Shown one piece after another: positions 37,729-46,893 of a stretch of DNA of 64,000 bases. The position numbers were made by a program, and so were the translations under genes. Source of the DNA: an uncultured virus (IMG/VR IMGVR_UViG_3300030329_003775). Taxonomy: Duplodnaviria; Heunggongvirae; Uroviricota; Caudoviricetes. The stretch lies in the IMG/VR virus record IMGVR_UViG_3300030329_003775; one strand, 5' to 3'. The notes beneath the pieces were generated by a model, which saw nothing but the letters and a program-made list of their open reading frames with translations, had not been told where the DNA came from and did not search any database. Within the stretch, counting starts at the first letter, position 1; every line of letters starts with the position of its first letter.

Positions 37729-37910
37729 ACTGCTGGCACTGTAACGACGAACTGATCTGGGGCGGCGATCACAGCTTTGAGGACTACGGAAGGGAGGAGG
37801 AAGGTATAGTGACCAACCTGTCCTGCCCAGAATGTGGCTCATTTGTGCTCGTCTACCTAGAAATTGGAGATGACGAGGATGAGCAGCAAAAAAGCCAAGA
37901 TGTCCAATAA
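37725..37910 (+). CDS. Small Zn-ribbon protein
   Basis: MNCWHC...CPEC. Confidence 0.65.
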   Translation: MNCWHCNDELIWGGDHSFEDYGREEEGIVTNLSCPECGSFVLVYLEIGDDEDEQQKSQDVQ

Positions 37911-38256
37911 GACAGTAGCCGCGTATATCGCCGATAAAACAGGCTACTCAGTCAAGACCGTCAGAATCATACTTCAGAGCCTCACAGAGGCGATCCCGGC
38001 CCTATTAACAACCACCACCAACAGGGTAAACATATGGTCCTTGGGAACATTCGAGCTAAGGTGGTGGACTGGAAGGAAGTTCAGCCCTGACAAGACCCTG
38101 AAGAACCACCCCTTACGGTTCAGAGGAGAGATTGCAGGGCGCTACAGGGTTAAGTTCACCCCTTCAGATCACCTGAAGAACGCTGTTCAAGCTTCCACCC
38201 AACGTCCTCTTCCTCAGAAAAGTGGATGTCACCCCAGCACTGGTCTTTCAAAATAG
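37879..38256 (+). CDS. HU/IHF-like DNA-binding protein
   Basis: IADKTGYS...VNIWSLGTFE...VKFTPSDHLKNAV. Confidence 0.75.
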   Translation: MSSKKAKMSNKTVAAYIADKTGYSVKTVRIILQSLTEAIPALLTTTTNRVNIWSLGTFELRWWTGRKFSPDKTLKNHPLRFRGEIAGRYRVKFTPSDHLKNAVQASTQRPLPQKSGCHPSTGLSK

Positions 38257-38542
38257 CCAGATAAGGTACATAGCACCCACAGCCCAAGGGAGATCCCCAA
38301 TAAGGCCTGCACCTCCGCGACACACGATCATAAATCGGACACTTCATGCAGCGCCTGATCTTCTTGCGGAACCTTGACCGCCTCTCAGCATAGCTTCTTT
38401 GGCCCACAGTGGCTCTCACAGCCACTTTCCCCATCTCAAGGAATAGATCTAGCTTCTCACGCCACCCAAGGCGTCCTAGCTCGTCCTGTACAGCTCTTTC
38501 CCACTGCCACAGTCGCGTGATCTTCAGGCCAAATAAGCTCAT
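38156..38542 (-). CDS. Cys-rich hypothetical protein; the only convincing minus-strand gene
   Basis: CMKCP...C...GCGC...C pattern common in phage proteins. Confidence 0.6.
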   Translation of the reverse strand: MSLFGLKITRLWQWERAVQDELGRLGWREKLDLFLEMGKVAVRATVGQRSYAERRSRFRKKIRRCMKCPIYDRVSRRCRPYWGSPLGCGCYVPYLAILKDQCWGDIHFSEEEDVGWKLEQRSSGDLKG

Positions 38543-38802
38543 TGTGCAGCTTTCGCAGGAATCCGCAGGAACCACCCCAGATTCTTCTTAAATTCAGCCC
38601 CAACCACCCCTAAGTCAACCCCAGATTATGAAGGGTCTTGGGAGGCTGAAAAGCCCTGAAATAGGCTTGAAAGCTGGAAAGTTGAGAAGTGGCCCATATA
38701 CATAGGCGCGGCCCCCCCGAGGCCCCCGATCCCCCGCCCCTATACCCTACGGGCATAGGGTATCGAATCTGGAAAGATCACCAACTCGACAGTGTGTAAG
38801 TT

Positions 38803-38814
38803 TGCTCTTTGACA
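38803..38814 (+). promoter_or_regulatory. boxA: boxA-like antitermination element
   Basis: TGCTCTTTGACA, 11/12 identical to rrn boxA TGCTCTTTAACA; a second CTTTGACA lies at ~38925. Confidence 0.6.
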
Positions 38815-38946
38815 TCTCAATCCCGGCCCGACACGCGCAAGTTGCGCGGGGGGGGCAACACCCACGCAAGGTAGCGCGAGGTGTTTTGAACGAGAGGTGA
38901 TACGGGGGCGAGTTTGCGGAGTGGACTTTGACAATGGGAGAGAACT

Positions 38947-39570
38947 ATGCCTGTCAAACAAAAAACCGCAACCTCGGTGAGTAACGTAACGGCTCAAACT
39001 AGCATTAACTGCGTGGAACTTGTCCGCGCCCAGATGCTGGTGGAAGCTAAAGACGCAAGCCAACGCGATGGCTTGAAGGGTCTATCTGGCAAGGGCTTTA
39101 AAGCTTGTGTAGACGAGATCCGTAGCATTCGCGGTCTGGAAAAGGGTGCAAATATCTCCGAAGAGGATATGCAGTCTTTGAAAGCGGCGGAGCGTGACCA
39201 GTCGGTCAAACCGATTCAGCATATGCTGAAGTTGGTCGAGACTGGCAAGGCACGTCTGGAAGCGTCCAAGGTCGGCATCAAGATTACGGATGAAGGCTGT
39301 GATATGCGCCGTAGCGTGTCCACCACTGAGGACATGGATCAGGAAAAACAGTGGGATGCTTTGAAGGCGAAACGTAATGCCGCCAAGAAGCGTCTCGACA
39401 AGGCCGAGGCCAAGCTAGACACGGCTTGTCTTCTGCGCGGGAATGCTGGCGTGATCGCCGTGCATGAAGGTAACAAGGCCGTCGAGTCTGCCGCCAAGGC
39501 TTATGCCAACGCCACAACCGCCCTCAAAGCGGTAGGCACGGCACTCGGCAAGGATGTGGAGAGTCTCTAG
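38947..39570 (+). CDS. First early gene; Ala/Lys-rich helical protein
   Basis: 207 aa with GGGAG RBS; followed directly by stable hairpins. Confidence 0.75.
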   Translation: MPVKQKTATSVSNVTAQTSINCVELVRAQMLVEAKDASQRDGLKGLSGKGFKACVDEIRSIRGLEKGANISEEDMQSLKAAERDQSVKPIQHMLKLVETGKARLEASKVGIKITDEGCDMRRSVSTTEDMDQEKQWDALKAKRNAAKKRLDKAEAKLDTACLLRGNAGVIAVHEGNKAVESAAKAYANATTALKAVGTALGKDVESL

Positions 39571-39574
39571 ACCT

Positions 39575-40530
39575 CCACTGGGTGGGGCGAAAGCCCCACC
39601 TCCACTAGGGATGCCATGCTGTGGCGTCTCTAGTGGGGGGCAACCCCAGACATATGGCCCGTGGAATCACGGTGCGCCCATGCAGCAAGGTGCTGTGTGT
39701 GTAATCCGCCACGCTGTTATGGCCAGTAGGATGATGCTAGGTGCGGACTCCTGCGGTGCGCTCATGCAACAAGGTATGAGGTGCAAGGTGACGCGGCAAC
39801 TCGATGGATCGGCTGTGACGGGGGAGATCTTTCTCCGGACGCAATGGGAGACCCCATTGTATCAACACACAGGGACTTGTAGGGTAGGCGTGGGCAGTAG
39901 GCGCAGGGTTTCTGCGCGGGCAAGAGGTGAAAGCCTTGTCTGCAAAAGGAATGGACGGTGACCGAGATCCACGCTGGTGGCTACAGGGTTAACGCAGCAG
40001 CGTAGTCGAGTTGTACACCGCCCGTGAGGGCGATAAATCTACACAGAGTAGCCGGTATGTACCGTTGATGGCTTGGGTGATGGCCCGAGTTAACGGGAGG
40101 TGGGGCTGTGTGAGGTGAGACGGTTCCGTGTCCTGTATGGGTAATCGGCCCAAAGACCCTCGTGGTGAATGGATCACAGGGGAGGGGTGTAGCTTCTGAT
40201 GTAGTACTGAAGAGGTAGCCCTCCATCCTCCATTAACCTGATGAGACCGGAAACCAACTGGGGGAAGTCGTACTGTGTCCAAGACTGGTGTGCCTAGGAA
40301 CGCACCGATAGGTCATGGGCGTGGGACGGCGTCAGTGAAACGTATGACTGTCGGAGCTACCCCGCTCTTTTTCCTCAAGCGGGGGCTCCAATTGGGTACA
40401 CCTGATGGGTGTGTCCAATTGGAGCGGGATGCTTGGAGTGTAGGCTGTAGTGAGGCCGATCACGGAAGGACCAGCCAGCTGGGGTGAATTTAACCCAGCT
40501 GTAGACCGCGTGGGTGTGGCGAGCCCTTTG
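39575..40530 (+). ncRNA. Candidate large structured non-coding RNA (~950 nt)
   Basis: No credible ORF; more than 15 hairpins with G-U pairs, GNRA loops and long-range helices. Confidence 0.7.
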
Positions 40531-40572
40531 CCTTAAAAGCCTAAAAAGGATACATAGAAAGTGAGGTAATTT

Positions 40573-40782
40573 ATGAACAGCTGGAAAGGCTGGGATAAGC
40601 AATACCGCGCTCGCTTTATTGCCAAGCGCAATAGCTGCACCATTGGTGAGCAGCTTGTTGACTGCGATGAGGAGCGGAAGGAGAAGGAGGAAGACCGCGA
40701 TAATAAGGCGTGGCAGCTCAAGCTGGCTCAGCAGGGTCGGTGGATTGATATTGAGTTTGATTCAGATTTCTCACTTCCATAA
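40573..40782 (+). CDS. Small hypothetical protein between two structured regions
   Basis: GAGGT RBS, 69 aa. Confidence 0.6.
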   Translation: MNSWKGWDKQYRARFIAKRNSCTIGEQLVDCDEERKEKEEDRDNKAWQLKLAQQGRWIDIEFDSDFSLP

Positions 40783-41185
40783 ACCCGTCAGGGTGTTCAT
40801 TTCGGGGTGCACTTTCTGCACCTTCTACAACCTGCACAGTTGTGCTGTGAAATTTAGCCTGCGTGGCTGTGCAGCCCTGACCAACTGTAACCCTCAACAG
40901 AAGGAGAGCTATGTAAGCTTAACTCCACATAGTAACACGTTGCGCCCTTAACTTCTCACACATTGGGATTGGTTCTAATGGGGCCGCGATCTAGGGAGGG
41001 ACACCTGTGGTGTGTCTCCATAGGAATAAATAGGAATAAACCTATCCAAAAAAGGCTGAGGTGGGTAGAGCCCTCAAAGACTCGGCAGAATACTGCCTGC
41101 CGAGCGCCTCAGCATTTACTTTCAATCTTCTCTGAGGCAGTAGATGTCTCACCCTTACATGTAACCCTAAACAAAAGGTAGCACT

Positions 41186-41506
41186 ATGAAAGACCGCAAA
41201 AGACATGGCAGGCCCTGTCCTGTGTTCACCAAGGGGATGACTAGGTCCCAAAAGGCAAAGACCAAGGATGCCTGGAAGGCACACTTCAGTGCGTGGCGGC
41301 TGGAGCATGACCCAGTGTTCATGAGCTTCATGACAGGGGCCGTAAGGAACTTGAGGAATGGGCACATAACCCATGAAGGATTCATTGAAAAACGTAATGA
41401 GCGAATGGAGGAGTCCCTTAAAAGACGCTACACCAACGAGGACTTTCGCATGGCTACACAGGCTTGGTTTGACGGACTGAAGGAGGAGCAATGTCTACGT
41501 ACATAA
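41186..41506 (+). CDS. Hypothetical early protein
   Basis: ORF with AAGG RBS. Confidence 0.6.
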   Translation: MKDRKRHGRPCPVFTKGMTRSQKAKTKDAWKAHFSAWRLEHDPVFMSFMTGAVRNLRNGHITHEGFIEKRNERMEESLKRRYTNEDFRMATQAWFDGLKEEQCLRT

Positions 41507-41721
41507 GACTCCGTGAGGTTGATGTGGCCCTTGTGTTCAGGGGAAGGGGCGTGGATGTGGAGCCTGAGGTCTACATCCCCGCAGAGGATAGCAATGGGCC
41601 TGACTCCATTCCTGCGAATGGCCCGCTGGCGTTCTGTCTGTGGGCATTGGGAAGGGAAGACCTGCAGGAGGAGTTCAGGAAGGAGATCAGTGAAACCAGT
41701 GAAGGAGAGGACTCATGTTAA
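41491..41721 (+). CDS. Hypothetical acidic early protein
   Basis: GGAGGAG RBS. Confidence 0.6.
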   Translation: MSTYIRLREVDVALVFRGRGVDVEPEVYIPAEDSNGPDSIPANGPLAFCLWALGREDLQEEFRKEISETSEGEDSC

Positions 41722-41765
41722 CGACTGAGTGGAATTGGTAACAACATTGAAACAAGGACAAAACA

Positions 41766-42134
41766 ATGCAGGCTTTAATAAACATGGGGTTCCGCCCGAT
41801 TGGTGTAGAGCGCCACAATAACACGGCACCCGCTTCGGCTACGCTTGAGTGCGACATTCAAGGCCACCCCGTAAAAATCGAATCCTTCACTGACTACTAC
41901 GGTACGCCCGCGTGCCGTCTTCAAATCGAAGGACTGGACCTCGACTGTGAGTGGTATCACGAGCCGTCATCGGCGTGGCGACGTCTCAAAAGCCAGCCCA
42001 ATCATTCAGGTGATCGGGAGAAGGTAAACGCATGGCGTCTCAGTAAGCGCAAGCTGCCACATGGTGTGGTGCAGTATAAATTTCGAAACGAACTCGGGCA
42101 TCTCGCCACCTTTCTGCTCAGCCTTAACAACTAA
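41766..42134 (+). CDS. Hypothetical early protein
   Basis: AAGGA RBS. Confidence 0.6.
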   Translation: MQALINMGFRPIGVERHNNTAPASATLECDIQGHPVKIESFTDYYGTPACRLQIEGLDLDCEWYHEPSSAWRRLKSQPNHSGDREKVNAWRLSKRKLPHGVVQYKFRNELGHLATFLLSLNN

Positions 42135-42156
42135 CAAGGATCAGAAATTGGTAACC

Positions 42157-42540
42157 ATGAAGAAACTAATAGTGCTAATGAGCTTGGCCTGCACACTGCA
42201 GGCTGCTCCGCCTGAAGCCTTCTGGAAGGCTTTGCATGAGGTGGAGGCGAGCGGGAGGGTTGGTCCTATACGTGGGGATAATGGGGCCGCGCTTGGGCCC
42301 TACCAAATCACCCGTGCATACTGGAAGGACAGCAGGGTGGCGGGTAGCTACGGCCAGTGTGCCAGCCTCGCATACTCGCGCAAGGTGGCCACTGCGTACC
42401 TGAAGAGGTATGCCCCTAGGTCATGGGCCAGCGGCAATTGCCAGGTATTGGCTAGAATCCACAATGGTGGCCCGACTGGTTACAGGAAGAAGTCCACGCT
42501 CAAGTACTGGCGTAGGTTTCAGAAAGCGATGAAGCCATGA
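42157..42540 (+). CDS. Secreted lysozyme-superfamily (i-type/destabilase-like) muramidase
   Basis: Signal peptide; HEVEAS (catalytic E), GPYQITRAYWKD, ARIHNGGP..G. Confidence 0.85.
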   Translation: MKKLIVLMSLACTLQAAPPEAFWKALHEVEASGRVGPIRGDNGAALGPYQITRAYWKDSRVAGSYGQCASLAYSRKVATAYLKRYAPRSWASGNCQVLARIHNGGPTGYRKKSTLKYWRRFQKAMKP

Positions 42541-43094
42541 AGTGTAACCAACGAGATGCAGTGGACCTCTTCCTCTCCGGCAGCTCCTTAACCTATGGCA
42601 CGGCATCCAGCTGTGCCTTCGTGCAGGACAAGGAGCTTTGGTACAAGGACAACCTGATTGCCAAGCATTGGAAGGGGAAGGGGAAGGGTCTCCCGATCAT
42701 CCTGATCGCTTTTAAGGTGAAAAAGGGGAAGAGGCTGCTGAACCTTTTGAAAAGAACCATCCGTGGCTGGAACTCCGAGTGGGGGAACGTCCCCTTTTGT
42801 CGCTGGGCACAGGTTCCTTACCCACGCTCCCCTGAGAAGAGTGTCGCAACGATCAAGGAGAGGTGGGGCGCAGCACAGGAGGCGCTTATTCGCAGGAGAG
42901 AGGCACGCACAACGAATCAATGGCTTCACTGTGCGATAGAGACCCGTAACGGGGTGAGTTTGATCTGTGCTGAGTTCGACATCCCTGAGCCGGACCTGAG
43001 CTTTGACAAGGAAACAGTACACTTCCTGACGATGGCTCGCGTTAACGGCAAGCTAAAGGGGTCGTTGGGTGATTCACTGGGAGATATATCATGA
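42537..43094 (+). CDS. Hypothetical protein
   Basis: ATGA-coupled ORF. Confidence 0.65.
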   Translation: MKCNQRDAVDLFLSGSSLTYGTASSCAFVQDKELWYKDNLIAKHWKGKGKGLPIILIAFKVKKGKRLLNLLKRTIRGWNSEWGNVPFCRWAQVPYPRSPEKSVATIKERWGAAQEALIRRREARTTNQWLHCAIETRNGVSLICAEFDIPEPDLSFDKETVHFLTMARVNGKLKGSLGDSLGDIS

Positions 43095-43933
43095 GTGCCA
43101 TACTGAAGATACAGGAAATTAATGAAAATAAATGGGCAGGCCTACCTGATAAAGGCCTGCGCAGCTTTCTCGACATGGGAGAAAACATGAGGCTGCAGGA
43201 GAAGTGTTCCTTTCAGGTGGGGGTCAAGTTCAAGGACCCGTACTTCCGTGACACAGCATCAGGGGAGATCATTGGACGCCTTTATAAACGGAGATACTGG
43301 GATGTGATTTCGCAAGAAATGTACAGACGCATGTGGCTCGATGACAAGGACGCCAAGATGCGCACCAAGTTTCTTGTGGCTTGGTGCGGCAGGAAGAAGA
43401 AGGACTGGGAGGATCAAAGTCTCTCTAACAACCCTCTCAGGGGCGTTAACTACCATGCCTACGCCTCATATCTGGGGCACTATCAGTGGGAAGAAGAAAT
43501 GGTAGCCACACTGAAGTGTGCTGCGGATCGCGAGGAAAGCCATCGCGGCACGTGCGTGATGTCCGAGTCGTTCAATAATAAGCATGAGCTGGACTGTCCG
43601 GCCTTGACTGCTTGGGAGGGAGACATAGAACTGTACAAGGCGCAATTTCAATTGGCTGCGAAGGCTGTCAAGCATACGACAATGCACCTTAGCAGGTTGA
43701 TAGACAGTGCATACAGGCTCTATGACATATGCCAAGTGACTCGAACCCATTTACCTGAGGCAGCATTCCCTAATGACCTGCTCAATAAGCTGTGTCAGTT
43801 GAGGATGGATGGCAGGTTCAACCCCTCCTCAGGCAACTACACAGACCGTGATACAAACAGACTAATCAAATTGCTGGGAGTAATATCTGATGAAACAAAA
43901 ATCAAAAGCGAGAACCAAGAAGGTCTTCTCTAA
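43091..43933 (+). CDS. Hypothetical protein
   Basis: ATGA-coupled ORF. Confidence 0.7.
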   Translation: MSAILKIQEINENKWAGLPDKGLRSFLDMGENMRLQEKCSFQVGVKFKDPYFRDTASGEIIGRLYKRRYWDVISQEMYRRMWLDDKDAKMRTKFLVAWCGRKKKDWEDQSLSNNPLRGVNYHAYASYLGHYQWEEEMVATLKCAADREESHRGTCVMSESFNNKHELDCPALTAWEGDIELYKAQFQLAAKAVKHTTMHLSRLIDSAYRLYDICQVTRTHLPEAAFPNDLLNKLCQLRMDGRFNPSSGNYTDRDTNRLIKLLGVISDETKIKSENQEGLL

Positions 43934-44537
43934 GACGAACCTACTCAGGGTGTTCGTAGGTTTGCCACCAGACAGGGTGGGGCATAGGCAGGAATGTGAC
44001 TGGCGATTGTTTTATGGGCTCCGAAGCACTAGCCCTGACTTCCCGTCATACTGGGTGGTTGGTCCGCCATGCACGGGTTACGGGAGAAGCTCGGACCATA
44101 TAATATTCTTCAAGGATGAAGAACTTTGGGTCGGCACAGAGCCTGGGGATGTGCTTGCCGCCAAGTGGATAAGCAGGAAGGTGCTATGGATCAATCCAGC
44201 AGCGGAGCACATAGGGAGCTCTCTCGATGTGGACAGGCTGCTCCATGCCAGAGGAGATGGCGGCTACACTGTCGTAAAGACTCTGTTGCCTCCGCACCAT
44301 GGCAACCATGGCCGCAATGTGGAGTGGCTCGCTTCCAAGCTGATCGACCCACGAATAAAGAACTGCCGTGCCGGATCAGCTGGTTGGTTAAAAGGTGATT
44401 GGAATGAAAGGAAGAGGGCGCTTCAGGACTATTCAGACATGTATGGAGTGGAGCCTTCATCCGATCTCAAGGATGAGATTAAGGAATTCGGCAACCTTCT
44501 TGCCCATAAACAAGTGTTAGCAACGATGGAGAAATAA
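43890..44537 (+). CDS. Hypothetical protein
   Basis: Overlapping ORF in the operon. Confidence 0.65.
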   Translation: MKQKSKARTKKVFSKTNLLRVFVGLPPDRVGHRQECDWRLFYGLRSTSPDFPSYWVVGPPCTGYGRSSDHIIFFKDEELWVGTEPGDVLAAKWISRKVLWINPAAEHIGSSLDVDRLLHARGDGGYTVVKTLLPPHHGNHGRNVEWLASKLIDPRIKNCRAGSAGWLKGDWNERKRALQDYSDMYGVEPSSDLKDEIKEFGNLLAHKQVLATMEK

Positions 44538-44540
44538 CAT

Positions 44541-45398
44541 ATGAAGATACATGAACGAGCTATGCTTACGAGGATCAACATTAAAATGTGTTCCTTCCGT
44601 AAGCTGGATAAAAAGGTCACGGACGACGTGATCCTCAAGCACTGCGCTGGGGTGGATGCTGGCAGATTCAATAAGCTGCTCATACCCAAAGAGTACATTG
44701 CTCCCGTGCAAAAGGCTGAGAGCGCCCTGCGCTCAGTGTTCTATGAAGAGACACTGCCGTATGACGACAGCGGATACCGTGTTCTGCCCACTGAAAACTT
44801 CCTGCCATTTACGCAGAAGATTAATAAGCGGACAGAGGACTTTAATGATGCTGCAGATACCCTAGCAACAGGGTATCAAGACGCCAGAGAGGAAGGCAGG
44901 CGCATGCTAAACGGCATGTTCAAGGAGTCTGACTATCCTAATACGGCTGAGGAGGTTCGTAATAAGTTCAGCGCCAAGGTGGACTTTCGAGATCTCCCCA
45001 AGGGCGGCAACTTCATGGTTGATCTAGGCGATGAGCATGTTGATTCAATTCGTGAAGAGATTGAGGCCCGCACCAACGAAGGTCTGGCTGAAGCGCAGAA
45101 GGACATCTGGCGCAGGCTTCTCGAGGTCACAAGTCACTTTGCCTCTGTCATGGGAGATGGAGGTAAGGTGTTCAGGAACTCCACAGTGGACAACGTGCTC
45201 AAGATTTGTGAGCTCGCTCCACGCATGAACCTGTCGGGTGATCCTGAGCTTGATGAACTAGCCTCACAGATCCTGTCGGACGTGAGCAACCAGAGCCCGG
45301 ACTCGCTACGTAAATCCAAATGGCATCGTGGCCAAGTGGCTGAGCGTGCAAAGGAGCACGTAAGGAAGATCGAGTCCGCAATGGAAGGAGCACTTTAA
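44541..45398 (+). CDS. DUF3150-like helical protein of the AAA/vWA module
   Basis: TLPYDDSGYRVLP, FKESDYP, FRNSTVDN, NLSGDPEL. Confidence 0.7.
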   Translation: MKIHERAMLTRINIKMCSFRKLDKKVTDDVILKHCAGVDAGRFNKLLIPKEYIAPVQKAESALRSVFYEETLPYDDSGYRVLPTENFLPFTQKINKRTEDFNDAADTLATGYQDAREEGRRMLNGMFKESDYPNTAEEVRNKFSAKVDFRDLPKGGNFMVDLGDEHVDSIREEIEARTNEGLAEAQKDIWRRLLEVTSHFASVMGDGGKVFRNSTVDNVLKICELAPRMNLSGDPELDELASQILSDVSNQSPDSLRKSKWHRGQVAERAKEHVRKIESAMEGAL

Positions 45399-45421
45399 CC
45401 CCCTGCTATAAGGTAAATAAC

Positions 45422-46438
45422 ATGAAGATAAGTGAATGCCAAAAGAACCTGAGACCCCTGCTGGAAATGGGCGACCCGTTTGTGTACGTGGGTGAGCCCG
45501 GTGTAGGTAAGACTCAGGCCATCGAGAGTGCCGCCGATATTGGGTGGCGCGTTATTACATTCCATCCGGTAGTCAGTGACCCCACTGACTTTAAGGGTAT
45601 GCCTTTCGCATACATGGATGGCGAGAATCCACGGGCAAAGTTCCTGCCATTCAGTGACCTCGAGCAACTGATTGACGCTAACGAGAACACAATAGCGTTC
45701 TTCGATGACATGGGGCAGGGGCCACTTGCCACTCAGGCTGCGATGATGCAGCTCTGGTTGTCACGCAAGATCAACGGACACCGCATCTCTGACCGGGTTG
45801 TGTTCGCGGGTGCAACCAACCGGTGCGAGGACAAGGCTGGAGTGGCTGGCATGATTGAGCCGCTCAAGTCTCGTTGCGTGCTGATCCCGTTTGAGACAGA
45901 CCTCAATGACTGGTGTGAGTGGGCATACAACCAGGAATGGATGCCAGCGGCTGTGCCTGCATTCCTGCGGTTCAAGCCTGAGCTGCTGTCCAAGTTCAAG
46001 CCTACTCGTGAGATCACGAACTCCCCGAACCCACGCAACTGGGCACGGCTTGGCAAGCTGCTCCACAACAAACTTGGTGACCATGAGCTGCTGTCTGGCT
46101 GTGTTGGAGAGGGAGCAGCCGCTGAGTTCCAAGCCTTCAAGAACATCATGGATGATCTTCCCAACCCGGACGTGATCATTAAGAGCCCTGAAACGGCTGA
46201 TGTTCCTGACAAGAAACCTGCCGTGATGTACGCCTTGATGGGAGCTCTCTCTCATCGGGCCAAGCCAAGCACGATTGACGCCATAGTGCGGTACTTGACT
46301 CGCATCCCGAAGGAGTTCTCTGTGCTCTGCATCAAGGATGCGCTCTCCAAGAACAAGAAGAATGCCAAGTTCCGCTCTCATGAGGCTATTAAGCGGTGGA
46401 GCTTCGACCATGCGGAGACGTTATGCGTGGCAGTCTAG
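45422..46438 (+). CDS. MoxR-like AAA+ ATPase
   Basis: Walker A GEPGVGKT, Walker B FFDD, ATNR..DKAGV, LKSR, PRNW. Confidence 0.92.
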   Translation: MKISECQKNLRPLLEMGDPFVYVGEPGVGKTQAIESAADIGWRVITFHPVVSDPTDFKGMPFAYMDGENPRAKFLPFSDLEQLIDANENTIAFFDDMGQGPLATQAAMMQLWLSRKINGHRISDRVVFAGATNRCEDKAGVAGMIEPLKSRCVLIPFETDLNDWCEWAYNQEWMPAAVPAFLRFKPELLSKFKPTREITNSPNPRNWARLGKLLHNKLGDHELLSGCVGEGAAAEFQAFKNIMDDLPNPDVIIKSPETADVPDKKPAVMYALMGALSHRAKPSTIDAIVRYLTRIPKEFSVLCIKDALSKNKKNAKFRSHEAIKRWSFDHAETLCVAV

Positions 46439-46469
46439 GCGATAAACTACTCCATCGACTGTCAGAGTA

Positions 46470-46893
46470 TATGATGGAGGCATACGATAAGCAGTGTTCC
46501 TTCGCATACCGCCATCACGCAAGAGACTGGCTGGGTGTGAAGTCAGGGCCTGATGACAGTGCCAAGTGGCGGGAGATGAAAGAGCACATCAGCTACTACC
46601 CAACTCACCGTCACATGGTGTGGAATGATGAGATCCTGATCAGGACTAGGAGGGGGAAGGAGATTTCCCTTCCCCTTCCGCCTGAGGACCACCTGAACCA
46701 CAATGTCCTGTTTGGATACGCGATCAACGAACTAAATAAAGGTGAGCTGTATAGCTACCCGTTCAACGAGGACGAGTGGGTTCATTATAAACTATATGGA
46801 GGCCGCTGGAAGGAGGCCAGCAGGACACTTTATGATAAGTCCAACGCGACTTCTATTAATACCGGAGTTGTCCTGAACCTAATGGAATCATGA
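46470..46893 (+). CDS. Hypothetical protein between the AAA and vWA genes
   Basis: ORF ATGA-coupled to the vWA gene; start uncertain. Confidence 0.55.

Noticed and set aside
39672..40126. Group II intron (GUGCG start, domain V-like GGGCUGUGUGAGGUGAGACGGUUC)
   Set aside because: The domain V-like element is too short and lacks the AGC/CGC triad and bulge; no RT/maturase and no interrupted gene.
40238..40275. Hammerhead ribozyme (CUGAUGA...GAAA)
   Set aside because: No stem II between CUGAUGA and GAAA; the alternative GAC/GUC stem is followed by GUAC rather than GAAA.
39554..40487. ORFs 39554-39961, 40275-40487 and minus-strand ORFs in the structured region
   Set aside because: No RBS, atypical composition and overlap with dense RNA structure; probably spurious.
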